From Vulcanimicrobiota bacterium (lineage in GTDB: Bacteria; Vulcanimicrobiota; Vulcanimicrobiia; Vulcanimicrobiales; Vulcanimicrobiaceae): a DNA stretch of 64,000 nucleotides. This document shows, one piece after another, positions 23,085 to 30,842 of this stretch; position 1 is the first letter of the stretch, and every line of letters starts with the position of its first letter. A program made the position numbers and the translations under genes. Below the pieces are notes generated by a model. That model searched no databases. It saw only the letters and a program-made list of their open reading frames with translations, and was not told the DNA's origin. The stretch spans positions 1-64,000 of the forward strand of contig CAWAXX010000013.1 in NCBI GenBank assembly GCA_963786105.1, given 5' to 3'.

Positions 23085-23333
23085 ATGCCGTCGGAAATCT
23101 CGACTACGACCTTCAATCAGTTCTTCGCTTGGTCGCCGCTCGTCGCCGGGCTAGTGATTTATCTGGTTTTGTACGCTGCGAAGCGGCGCGAGGTCGCCGC
23201 CGGCGGAGTTCCGATCGGGCAGACGTTCGCTTGTGCCAGCTGTGGCCGGCGTGGCCGGCGCGAGCATATGGTGCCGCAGGAACACGCGGGCGCCACCAGT
23301 TGGTACTGCGCTCGTTGCGCAGGCGCGCATTAA
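23085..23333 (+). CDS. Small hypothetical protein: N-terminal TM helix + C4 zinc ribbon
   Basis: FFAWSPLVAGLVIYLVLYAA followed by CASC...CARC. Confidence 0.7.
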   Translation: MPSEISTTTFNQFFAWSPLVAGLVIYLVLYAAKRREVAAGGVPIGQTFACASCGRRGRREHMVPQEHAGATSWYCARCAGAH

Positions 23334-23352
23334 GAAGAGGATCCGGCGCCGC

Positions 23353-23598
23353 TCAGATCTGAACCACCTCGCGGACTTCGGGGACGTCGGCAACGACGAT
23401 CGCTTCGATCGCGCCTTTGAGGGTCATCGTGGAAGCGGGACATCCGCCGCACGCACCTAGCATCTGCACGTACGCGACGCCGTCTTCGACCTTGATCAGC
23501 CACACCTCGCCGCCGTCCATCGCAATGCCTGGCCGCACCTTGTCGATTGCCGCGTTCACCCGCTCCTCGACCGACGCGCTCGCATTATCCGTCATCAT
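23353..23598 (-). CDS. NifU/NfuA-like Fe-S scaffold domain protein
   Basis: VRPGIAMDGGEV, GACGGCPASTMTLKGAIE. Confidence 0.92.
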   Translation of the reverse strand: MMTDNASASVEERVNAAIDKVRPGIAMDGGEVWLIKVEDGVAYVQMLGACGGCPASTMTLKGAIEAIVVADVPEVREVVQI

Positions 23599-23668
23599 AA
23601 ACTATCCAACCACCCGACCGATTTTGCCCCCGGAATAGTTGCAGTTCCATTTTTACTCCCAGCCTAGC

Positions 23669-23822
23669 AGGCCGAAAGTCGGTTCTGACGTTGCGCCTGA
23701 GGGCGTGGGGACGAGGAGCGGAGCCTGGAGGGCGAGAGCGACGAGCCGCCGAGCAGCGTTTTCGCACGGATGCGAAAACGCGAGCATCCCGAAGGCGCAA
23801 CGTCAGAACCGACTTTCGGCCT
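23669..23822. mobile_element. MITE-like / structured intergenic element with perfect 30-bp terminal inverted repeats
   Basis: AGGCCGAAAGTCGGTTCTGACGTTGCGCCT (23669-23698) is the exact reverse complement of 23793-23822; internal 11-bp hairpin at 23756-23781. Confidence 0.7.
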
Positions 23823-23833
23823 ACTGCGCGATC

Positions 23834-24757
23834 CTACTGCGCCTGGCCGTATGAATTCATGACGTCGTGGATTTGCGACGCCATCGAGAGCGCCTCGTCC
23901 CATTTGCGTTGCCACATGTTTCGTCCGAAGATCAACCCGACGCAGCCGGCTTCCATGGCGACGCGCGCTTTGTGGATGGTTGCCTGGTCGCCCATCTTGC
24001 TTCCGCCCGAGACGAGGACGAGCGTGCGGCCGGCTGATTTTACGACTTTTCGTAACCCTTCGACGTCGGTAAACTCCAGGGTGTCGTACGGCTTGGGAAG
24101 CTTCGATGCATCGTCGGCCTTCCAAACGGGCTCGTTGAGTTTGACGACGTTGGCGCCGATTTCGCACGCAACGCGCGCCGCATAATCGACCGCATAGAGC
24201 GAGTCGATTCCGCCCTTGGCCTTAACGGCGGCGCCGCGCGGGTAGGCCCAGATTACCAGAGGCATGCCGTAGCGGTCACATTCGCGGCGCACGTCGTTGC
24301 ACTGCGCGATGTCGAGGTCTTGCGCCGGGCTGCCGACGTACAGCGTGTAGCCGACGGCGTCGGCCCCCAAACGGAGCGCGTCTTCGACCGACGACGTCAT
24401 CGGGCTAAAGGCGTCGTCGTCCGATGGTAGGTTCGTCTTCCCGTTGACTTTGAGCAGCAGCGGAACGCGACCGGCGTATTTTTGCTGATATTTCTCGGCC
24501 AAGCCGATGTGAAGGGCGATGCCCGAGAAGTTGCCCTCGACGGCCAGGCGGTAAATCCAGTCCGTATCAATCGCCTCCGGATTGTCGAAAAAATCGATCG
24601 GTCCGTGCTCGAGCCCTTGGTCGATCGGCAACATCATGAGCGTACCGTTGGCCGGTCCGTGTTCGTACATCAAGCGATGAAGGCGGGTACGCTTGCCCGT
24701 CGAGAGATGCATCTCGTCGAAGGTCGGTCGCGTAACGGGGACAGCGGCGATGGTCAC
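23834..24757 (-). CDS. fbaB: Class I fructose-bisphosphate aldolase (DhnA/FbaB family)
   Basis: LPIDQGLEHGP, LGADAVGYTLYVGS, WAYPRG, YAARVACEIGANVVK, IFGRNMWQR; GTG start at 24757 inferred from an upstream GGAG. Confidence 0.9.
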   Translation of the reverse strand: MTIAAVPVTRPTFDEMHLSTGKRTRLHRLMYEHGPANGTLMMLPIDQGLEHGPIDFFDNPEAIDTDWIYRLAVEGNFSGIALHIGLAEKYQQKYAGRVPLLLKVNGKTNLPSDDDAFSPMTSSVEDALRLGADAVGYTLYVGSPAQDLDIAQCNDVRRECDRYGMPLVIWAYPRGAAVKAKGGIDSLYAVDYAARVACEIGANVVKLNEPVWKADDASKLPKPYDTLEFTDVEGLRKVVKSAGRTLVLVSGGSKMGDQATIHKARVAMEAGCVGLIFGRNMWQRKWDEALSMASQIHDVMNSYGQAQ

Positions 24758-24870
24758 GTTCGTTGGTACTCCGGCGGTCTGCAAAATGGTGGTAGAGCAG
24801 CTTCGGCTATCCCCCGATGCGCCCCTAGGCACGGCGGGAAAGGCCTAGCAGCACGCCCAAAGGGCCGTGC

Positions 24871-25770
24871 GTGAGCGAGCGGCGCATCGGATTCGTCGGA
24901 CTCGGCGCGATGGGCGAGCCGATGGTTCGATCCCTCAGCCGAGCTGGATTTGCGGTTACCGCCTGCGCGCATCGGCGTCGCGACGCGATCGAGCGGTTGC
25001 GCGAAGAATGCGGGGTGACCGAAGCCGCAAATCCGGCGGCGGTGGCGGCCGGAGTCGACGTCGTCGCCATTTGCGTCCCGGACGCACCTCAAGTCGAAGA
25101 GGTGCTTTTCGCACCGGACGGGGTCGTCGCGGGTGCGCGGCCCGGTGCTTTGATCGTCGATATGTCGACGATTTCACCCGTCGCCTCGCGCCGTTTTGCC
25201 GAACGGTTGAGCGAACAGGGCTTGAGGTTCCTCGACGCCCCCGTCAGCGGCGGCCCGGTGCGTGCCGGCGACGGCAGCCTGACGATCATGGTTGGAGCGG
25301 AGACTTCCGACTTTGCCAGGGCCGCGCCGATCCTTGCGGCAATGGGGAAGGCGTACCACCTCGGACCCGTCGGGATGGGCGAGACGGTCAAGCTGGTCAA
25401 TCAAATCATCATCGCGAACGTGATGATCGCAAACGCGGAAGGCCTGCTCTTCGCTAAACGTGCCGGTGCCGATCTCGACCGCGTCCGTGAAGTGCTCGCA
25501 ACGGCTACGGCCTCGAACTACTTACTGGAGCAGTGGTTGCCTAAGACGTGGCTAGCTGGGAAGCTCGAAGGGGGGTTCGCCCTCGACCTGCTCCGTAAAG
25601 ACCTGGCGGCGGCCCTGGATGCCGCGCGCGTCGTCGACTACCCGATGCCGGCGACCGCATTGGCTTACCAAATCTATACTTCTCGTTCGGCAATGGGGGA
25701 CGGAGCGCTGGACTACAGCGCAGTAGTCAAATCGTATGAATGGATCGTTGGAAGCGAAGCCCGCGCGTAG
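24871..25770 (+). CDS. NAD(P)-dependent beta-hydroxyacid dehydrogenase (3-hydroxyisobutyrate / tartronate semialdehyde reductase family)
   Basis: IGFVGLGAMG, DMSTISP, LDAPVSGG, KLVNQ, KDL. Confidence 0.9.
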   Translation: MSERRIGFVGLGAMGEPMVRSLSRAGFAVTACAHRRRDAIERLREECGVTEAANPAAVAAGVDVVAICVPDAPQVEEVLFAPDGVVAGARPGALIVDMSTISPVASRRFAERLSEQGLRFLDAPVSGGPVRAGDGSLTIMVGAETSDFARAAPILAAMGKAYHLGPVGMGETVKLVNQIIIANVMIANAEGLLFAKRAGADLDRVREVLATATASNYLLEQWLPKTWLAGKLEGGFALDLLRKDLAAALDAARVVDYPMPATALAYQIYTSRSAMGDGALDYSAVVKSYEWIVGSEARA

Positions 25771-26476
25771 CGCGTTCGTTAAGGCCCCGGACTTCAACAA
25801 GAAGATTCTGGTCGTTGACGATGAGTCGGCGATACTGCAAACTCTGCGTTTCAACTTAGAGCGCAGCGGGTACGCCGTGGTCACCGCCAGCGACGGTCGC
25901 AGCGCGATCGCGATGGCGCAACGCGAGCAGCCCGACTTGATCGTTCTCGACATCATGCTGCCGGTTCTCGACGGCATCGAAGCGTGTAAGGAAATTCGTA
26001 AGTTCAGCTCGGTGCCGATCATCATGCTAACGGCGAAGGACCAAGAGATCGATAAAGTTCTCGCACTCGAGCTCGGTGCTGACGACTACGTCACCAAGCC
26101 CTTCGCGCTGCACGAATTCCTAGCGCGAGTGAAGGCGCGGTTGCGCCGCCAGGCGCCAATCCAATCGGGGCACGACGAGGCAATCTCTCTCGGCGGAATC
26201 GTTCTCGACCCCTCGCGCCAGCAGCTAACGGTCCGAGGGAAGAACGTTGCCTTGGCTCCTAAAGAGTTCGCCCTGCTGCGCGTGCTCATGGAGAACAACG
26301 GCCGGGTCGTCACGCGGCAAACCCTGCTCGACAAGGTTTGGGGATACGACTTCGAAGGCGAGCAGCAGACGGTGAGCGTGCACGTGCGATGGCTGCGGGA
26401 GAAGATTGAGGAAGACTCACGCACGCCGCGCCACATTCTCACGGTGCGCAGTCGCGGTTACATGTTTAAGGTGTAA
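25736..26476 (+). CDS. phoP: OmpR/PhoB-family response regulator (PhoP-like)
   Basis: ILVVDDE, LDIMLP, GADDYVTKPF, winged-helix VHVRWLREKIE; adjacent to a PhoR-like kinase and pstB; exact start uncertain. Confidence 0.8.
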   Translation: MNGSLEAKPARSAFVKAPDFNKKILVVDDESAILQTLRFNLERSGYAVVTASDGRSAIAMAQREQPDLIVLDIMLPVLDGIEACKEIRKFSSVPIIMLTAKDQEIDKVLALELGADDYVTKPFALHEFLARVKARLRRQAPIQSGHDEAISLGGIVLDPSRQQLTVRGKNVALAPKEFALLRVLMENNGRVVTRQTLLDKVWGYDFEGEQQTVSVHVRWLREKIEEDSRTPRHILTVRSRGYMFKV

Positions 26477-26491
26477 CAGGCCGCACTTTCG

Positions 26492-27688
26492 ATGACGTCG
26501 CTGGAATGGGCCTTGCCCGCCGCGGCAATCCTTGGATCGATCGGCGGCGTGCTGCTGGCACGCGCCTTCCGCCCCCGGCAAGCCCCGCAGCCGACTCCGC
26601 CGTCTCTCGCCGTTGTGCATGCTCCGGTCGATACCGCCGTCGACGATGCGTTCGCGCGACTCGTGCGCGCGCTGCCGATCGGCATCGTGCTGGTCGATCT
26701 TCAGCGACGGGTCGAGTTTGCCAATCCCGCGGCCGGCGCTATATTTGGCTTCGATAACGAGCGCGCGATCGGCGCTCACGCCATCGAAGCGATTCCGAAC
26801 GTCGAGGTCGAGCGTCGCATCACCGATGCGCTGCAGGGCGAATCGTCGGTGGCGCCGTTGACGATTTCTGGCGCGGAAGGCCAGCGTATCTACCGGGTGG
26901 CGGTGTATCCGCTCGTGGGTGATGGCCAGGATCCGCGGTGGGTGGTGGTCTTCGCCGACGATCAAACGGCGGTCGCGAGGCTCGATCGTGCCCGTAAGGA
27001 GTTCCTTTCCAACGTTTCGCACGAACTGCGCACGCCGTTGTCATCGATCAAACTGATGCTCGAAACGGTTCTCGCGTCGCCCGACGACGAAGCGCGCGAG
27101 CTTTTCCTACCCCAAGCGCTCCTGGAAGTCGATCGGCTCGCCGCGCTCGTCCAGCAGTTGCTCGAGCAGGCCCGCACGGAGTCGGGACAGCTGAAGCTGG
27201 CGCTACGCGAGATCGATCTCGAAGAAGTGGCTCACCCGATCGTCGCCTCGTTCGAACCCCAAGCCGCCAACAAGGGCGTCGCGATAGAATTGCTGCCGCT
27301 GCGTCCCGTTCAAGTCGAAGCCGATCCCGATCGGCTCTCGCAAGTCTTCGTGAATTTGATCGACAACGCGATTCGACATACGCCGCGCGGGGGTCGAGTG
27401 AAGATCGAGTTGGATGCGCGCGACAGCGATGCCGTCGTGCGCGTGCGCGATAACGGCGAGGGTATACCGTACCGCGACGTCCCGCATATTTTCGAGCGAT
27501 TCTACGTCGTCGATCGGTCGCGCCGGCGCGAGAGCGGGGGCGCGGGACTAGGTCTGGCGATCGTCAAGGGCATCGTCGACGCGCACGGCGGCGAGATTTC
27601 GGCCGAGTCGATGCTCGGCCGGGGTACGACGTTCACGGTTCGGCTACCGATCATGCGCATCAAACGCGACGTTGCCTCCGCTCGTTAA
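26492..27688 (+). CDS. phoR: PhoR-like sensor histidine kinase (TM, PAS, HisKA, HATPase)
   Basis: EFLSNVSHELRTPL, NLIDNAI, FERFYVVDRSR, GAGLGLAIVK. Confidence 0.8.
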   Translation: MTSLEWALPAAAILGSIGGVLLARAFRPRQAPQPTPPSLAVVHAPVDTAVDDAFARLVRALPIGIVLVDLQRRVEFANPAAGAIFGFDNERAIGAHAIEAIPNVEVERRITDALQGESSVAPLTISGAEGQRIYRVAVYPLVGDGQDPRWVVVFADDQTAVARLDRARKEFLSNVSHELRTPLSSIKLMLETVLASPDDEARELFLPQALLEVDRLAALVQQLLEQARTESGQLKLALREIDLEEVAHPIVASFEPQAANKGVAIELLPLRPVQVEADPDRLSQVFVNLIDNAIRHTPRGGRVKIELDARDSDAVVRVRDNGEGIPYRDVPHIFERFYVVDRSRRRESGGAGLGLAIVKGIVDAHGGEISAESMLGRGTTFTVRLPIMRIKRDVASAR

Positions 27689-27712
27689 TCAAGTGATAAC
27701 GCGGGCCTAACC
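27684..27712 (+). promoter_or_regulatory. Pho-box-like 11-bp direct repeats upstream of the sORF and pstB
   Basis: GTTAATC (27684), GATAACG (27695), CCTAACC (27706); TAA core repeats every 11 bp. Confidence 0.5.
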
Positions 27713-27778
27713 TTGGTGTGGGACTCTGGTTGCATGATACGAGCGGTCGTCCGCACAGAGCCTTGCGCCGAGGCTGCC

Positions 27779-27913
27779 ATGCGGGCCCAAATCCTCGCAG
27801 TGCTCGAGGACATCTGCCGCGACGCCACGCTGCAAGACGTCCGCGAGTGGTACCTCGATTCACTCGCCGAGCCGTCTGCGTTACGGACGCCCGGAATGGG
27901 CGCCGGCGGCTAG
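27779..27913 (+). CDS. Putative small protein (44 aa; alternative start at 27734)
   Basis: GAGG RBS then [31 protein letters not shown], an amphipathic helical pattern; lies between phoR and pstB. Confidence 0.4.
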   Translation: MRAQILAVLEDICRDATLQDVREWYLDSLAEPSALRTPGMGAGG

Positions 27914-27965
27914 CGATTGGACCCGTGCGGGCACCGGTGCGCCGGCCGCCGAAGGGACGCCGCAC

Positions 27966-28757
27966 ATGTTCGTAACCAAGCCCGAGCCGACGTCGCTTTC
28001 GACGAAAGTAAAACTCAAGGCCGAGAATCTCAACATTTTCTACGGCTCGTTTCACGCGATCAAAGGCGTGACGCTCGAAATGCGTCAGAACTGCGTGACG
28101 GCGCTTATCGGCCCCTCGGGTTGCGGGAAGTCGACGTTCATCCGCGCGTTGAATCGAATGCACGACTTGACGCCGGGCGCTCGCGTCGAAGGGCGCGTCC
28201 TCCTCGACGGCGCCAACATTTACGTCCCCGAAGTCGACCCCGTTACGATTCGGCATCGGATCGGCATGGTTTTTCAGCGCGCTAACCCATTTCCGAAAAC
28301 GATTTATGAGAACGTTGCATACGGCCCGATGGTGCATGGCGAACGGCGTCAGCAGATGCTGGCCGAAATCTGCGAGCGCAGCCTTCGCCACGCCGCGCTG
28401 TGGGATGAAGTCAAGGACCGGCTCAATCGCTCCGCCCTCGATTTATCCGGCGGCCAGCAACAGCGCCTTTGCATCGCTCGGTGCTTGGCCGTCGATCCCG
28501 AGGTGATTTTGATGGACGAGCCCGCCTCGGCGCTCGATCCGATCGCGACCAGCAAAATCGAGGACCTGATCGAGAACCTCAAGCGCGACTATACGGTCGT
28601 CATCGTCACGCACTCGATGCAACAGGCCGCCCGCATCAGCGACTACACGGCGTTCTTCCTCTTGGGCGACATGATCGAGACCGACACGACCTCATCGATC
28701 TTCACCAAACCAAGAGATAAGCGCACCGAGGATTACATCACGGGCCGATTCGGCTAG
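27966..28757 (+). CDS. pstB: Phosphate ABC transporter ATP-binding protein
   Basis: [43 protein letters not shown]. Confidence 0.96.
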   Translation: MFVTKPEPTSLSTKVKLKAENLNIFYGSFHAIKGVTLEMRQNCVTALIGPSGCGKSTFIRALNRMHDLTPGARVEGRVLLDGANIYVPEVDPVTIRHRIGMVFQRANPFPKTIYENVAYGPMVHGERRQQMLAEICERSLRHAALWDEVKDRLNRSALDLSGGQQQRLCIARCLAVDPEVILMDEPASALDPIATSKIEDLIENLKRDYTVVIVTHSMQQAARISDYTAFFLLGDMIETDTTSSIFTKPRDKRTEDYITGRFG

Positions 28758-28940
28758 ATTTATCCCATCTCTTCGTCGGCGTACGGTCTCATGTGCGAAG
28801 CACACTTCGACCGTCGCCTCCTCGATCTGGAATAAATCCGGGGCCCCCGGCCTTCGGCCCCCGCGCATATTTGAAAGGCGAATCCGCGGCGTCCGGTGCG
28901 TGCGGCGGGTCATCGGTCGAGGGTGAGAGCCGCTAACTGC

Positions 28941-28967
28941 CTTAAGGCCGTCTTAAGCTTGACTTAA
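28941..28967 (+). promoter_or_regulatory. Pho-box-like triple direct repeat upstream of porin 1
   Basis: CTTAA at 28941, 28952 and 28963 (exact 11-bp period). Confidence 0.6.
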
Positions 28968-29030
28968 TAGCTGCCCGATAGACTGGTGACGTTAATTCCC
29001 TCGTCAGGATAGCTGAAGGAGACTTCACCC

Positions 29031-30690
29031 GTGCCTTTTCTAGTCGCACGCACGGGCTTTTTGGCGGCGGCATTGGTGGTGGCGAGCGCATCGTGGGCGT
29101 CGGCGGAAACGTCGGCAACACCGGCGCCGAAAACGGTCGCCCAAACCAATCCCGTGCCGAGCCCGGCGCCGAGCCCGCTCACCTATAGCGGCTTCTTTCG
29201 ATCGTACTATTTCACGCGTCAAAACGCGTCGAACAACCCAGGCACTCAGTTCAACTTTTCCCCCGGCGCAAAATACAATTCGAACGGCGTCAACCAGGCC
29301 TCATTGAACAACGCGGTCGACCTGCATCTCGACTACAATTTCCCGGGCGGCGGATGGTACGTCGGCGGTTCGTATTTCTACGCAAACCCCATCGCCGGTC
29401 CGTGCACCGTCGCGAGCAGCCACGCTAAAGGTAAACCGTGCGTCTCTCAAACGCCGCCGAATACCAATCCCGACGATACGCTTCCCGGCTTCGCGCTGAG
29501 CACGTTCCCTGAGGCGTACGTCGCCTACAGGGGATACGGGCTGAGCGGCAAGATCGGCGATCAACTTTTTAACTCGCCGTGGGCGGCGCCGTACGACGGA
29601 ACGCGCGTCAAGCCGGCGGCGTATCAGGGCGCCGAGGTTTCCTACAAATTGAATGACGCGTGGACTTTCGAAGCCGCGGACATGATTCAATTCGAGAACC
29701 GCACGAGCAATACGTTCAACAGCAGTACGTTGCTGACGAGCTTCCCGGCCGGCGGCGGCGGCTTGGCGGCGAACATCTACGTGCCCGGAGGCGGCAGCAT
29801 CAACACGAACGGATTCTTTTACGGCAGAGTCGGTTATGCGCCGAAAAACAGCGACTACGCCGTCAACGGATACTTGTACACCTTTTCTTCTCTGCTGAAC
29901 ATGTGGTGGTTCGACGGCAAGTACACGATGGCGGAGAACAAGCTCAAGCCGTTTATCGCGTTGCAAGGTGGCTTCGAAAGCAACGCTGGGGCATCGTACA
30001 TCGGAAAAATTTCGCAGCTCCGACATCGGCGTTCAGATCGGTGCGAACGTTACGCCGAACATCCTGTTTACCGCAGGCTTCGATTCGATTCCGTGGCAGA
30101 ACGACAATGTCGCTCTGCCGGCGGGCGTGACCTGTAACAATAGCAACTATCAGATTTCGGCCAAGGGGGCCACCCTCGGATACTTCCTGCCCGGCAACGG
30201 CGGTTCGTCGGGGCAGGCCGGCGTATGCTTCACCAACCCGAACGGTACGACCAACGTGTACTACGGCGGCTGGGCGTCTCCGTATACCGACAACTACGCG
30301 GCCGACCCGCTTTTTACGACGCAGATCACGCAAGGCATGGCGGACCGGCGTGCGCCGGGGACTTCATGGAAACTCGCCGCCGCGTTCACGTCGACGAACA
30401 AACGCTGGCTCTTCATCGCCAGCGACGCGTGGTACAACTACGGCGACGCGTTGGTGGGTGAGAACACGAACGAGTGGAATCTCGACGGCCAGTATCATTT
30501 CAGCCCGGTCACCGCCGGACGGTACAAGGGGCTGTTGCTTCGCTACCGCTACGCGCAACGCTCGGAGTCGAACACCTTCTGCGGCGCATCCAGTACGAGT
30601 TGCCCCGCAGGGGCGGCGATCGGCAGTAGTTTCCTGGGCGGCCTGCCGCTCTTCAAGTACAATCGAGCTCAACTCGAGTACGATTTTTGA
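29031..30690 (+). pseudogene. Outer-membrane beta-barrel porin (OprD-like), paralog 1, split by a +1 frameshift near 30005-30015
   Basis: ORFs 29031..30137 and 29968..30690 together align end-to-end with the intact paralog at 30843; the join falls at GGAAAAATTTCGC; C-terminal YNRAQLEYDF beta-signal. Confidence 0.8.
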
Positions 30691-30724
30691 ACGTCCCTTA
30701 AGCCTCAAGCCCCTTTCTAAAGGC

Positions 30725-30766
30725 GGGACCGTCCGGCTAGTCGCCACCGGACGGTCCCATTTTTTC
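30725..30766 (+). terminator. Intrinsic terminator after porin 1
   Basis: 12-bp perfect stem GGGACCGTCCGG/CCGGACGGTCCC followed by ATTTTTT. Confidence 0.8.
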
Positions 30767-30768
30767 TT

Positions 30769-30816
30769 TAGTGACCTAGGTCATTAGTTCCGGCTTGTGT
30801 AAAAGACTGCAGTCAA
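30769..30816. promoter_or_regulatory. Two palindromic operator-like sites upstream of porin 2
   Basis: TGACCTAGGTCA (30772-30783, perfect) and AGACTGCAGTCA (30804-30815); shared GAC-N4-GTCA form. Confidence 0.45.
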
Positions 30817-30842
30817 CTTTTCTAAAAGGAGACCCCTCTTTT

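Noticed and set aside
28692..28913. 73-aa minus-strand ORF after pstB
   Set aside because: Overlaps the pstB 3' end, is Arg-rich like a non-coding frame, and has no clear RBS.
30003..30013. Programmed -1 ribosomal frameshift in porin 1
   Set aside because: The required shift is +1, and there is no in-frame X XXY YYZ heptamer.
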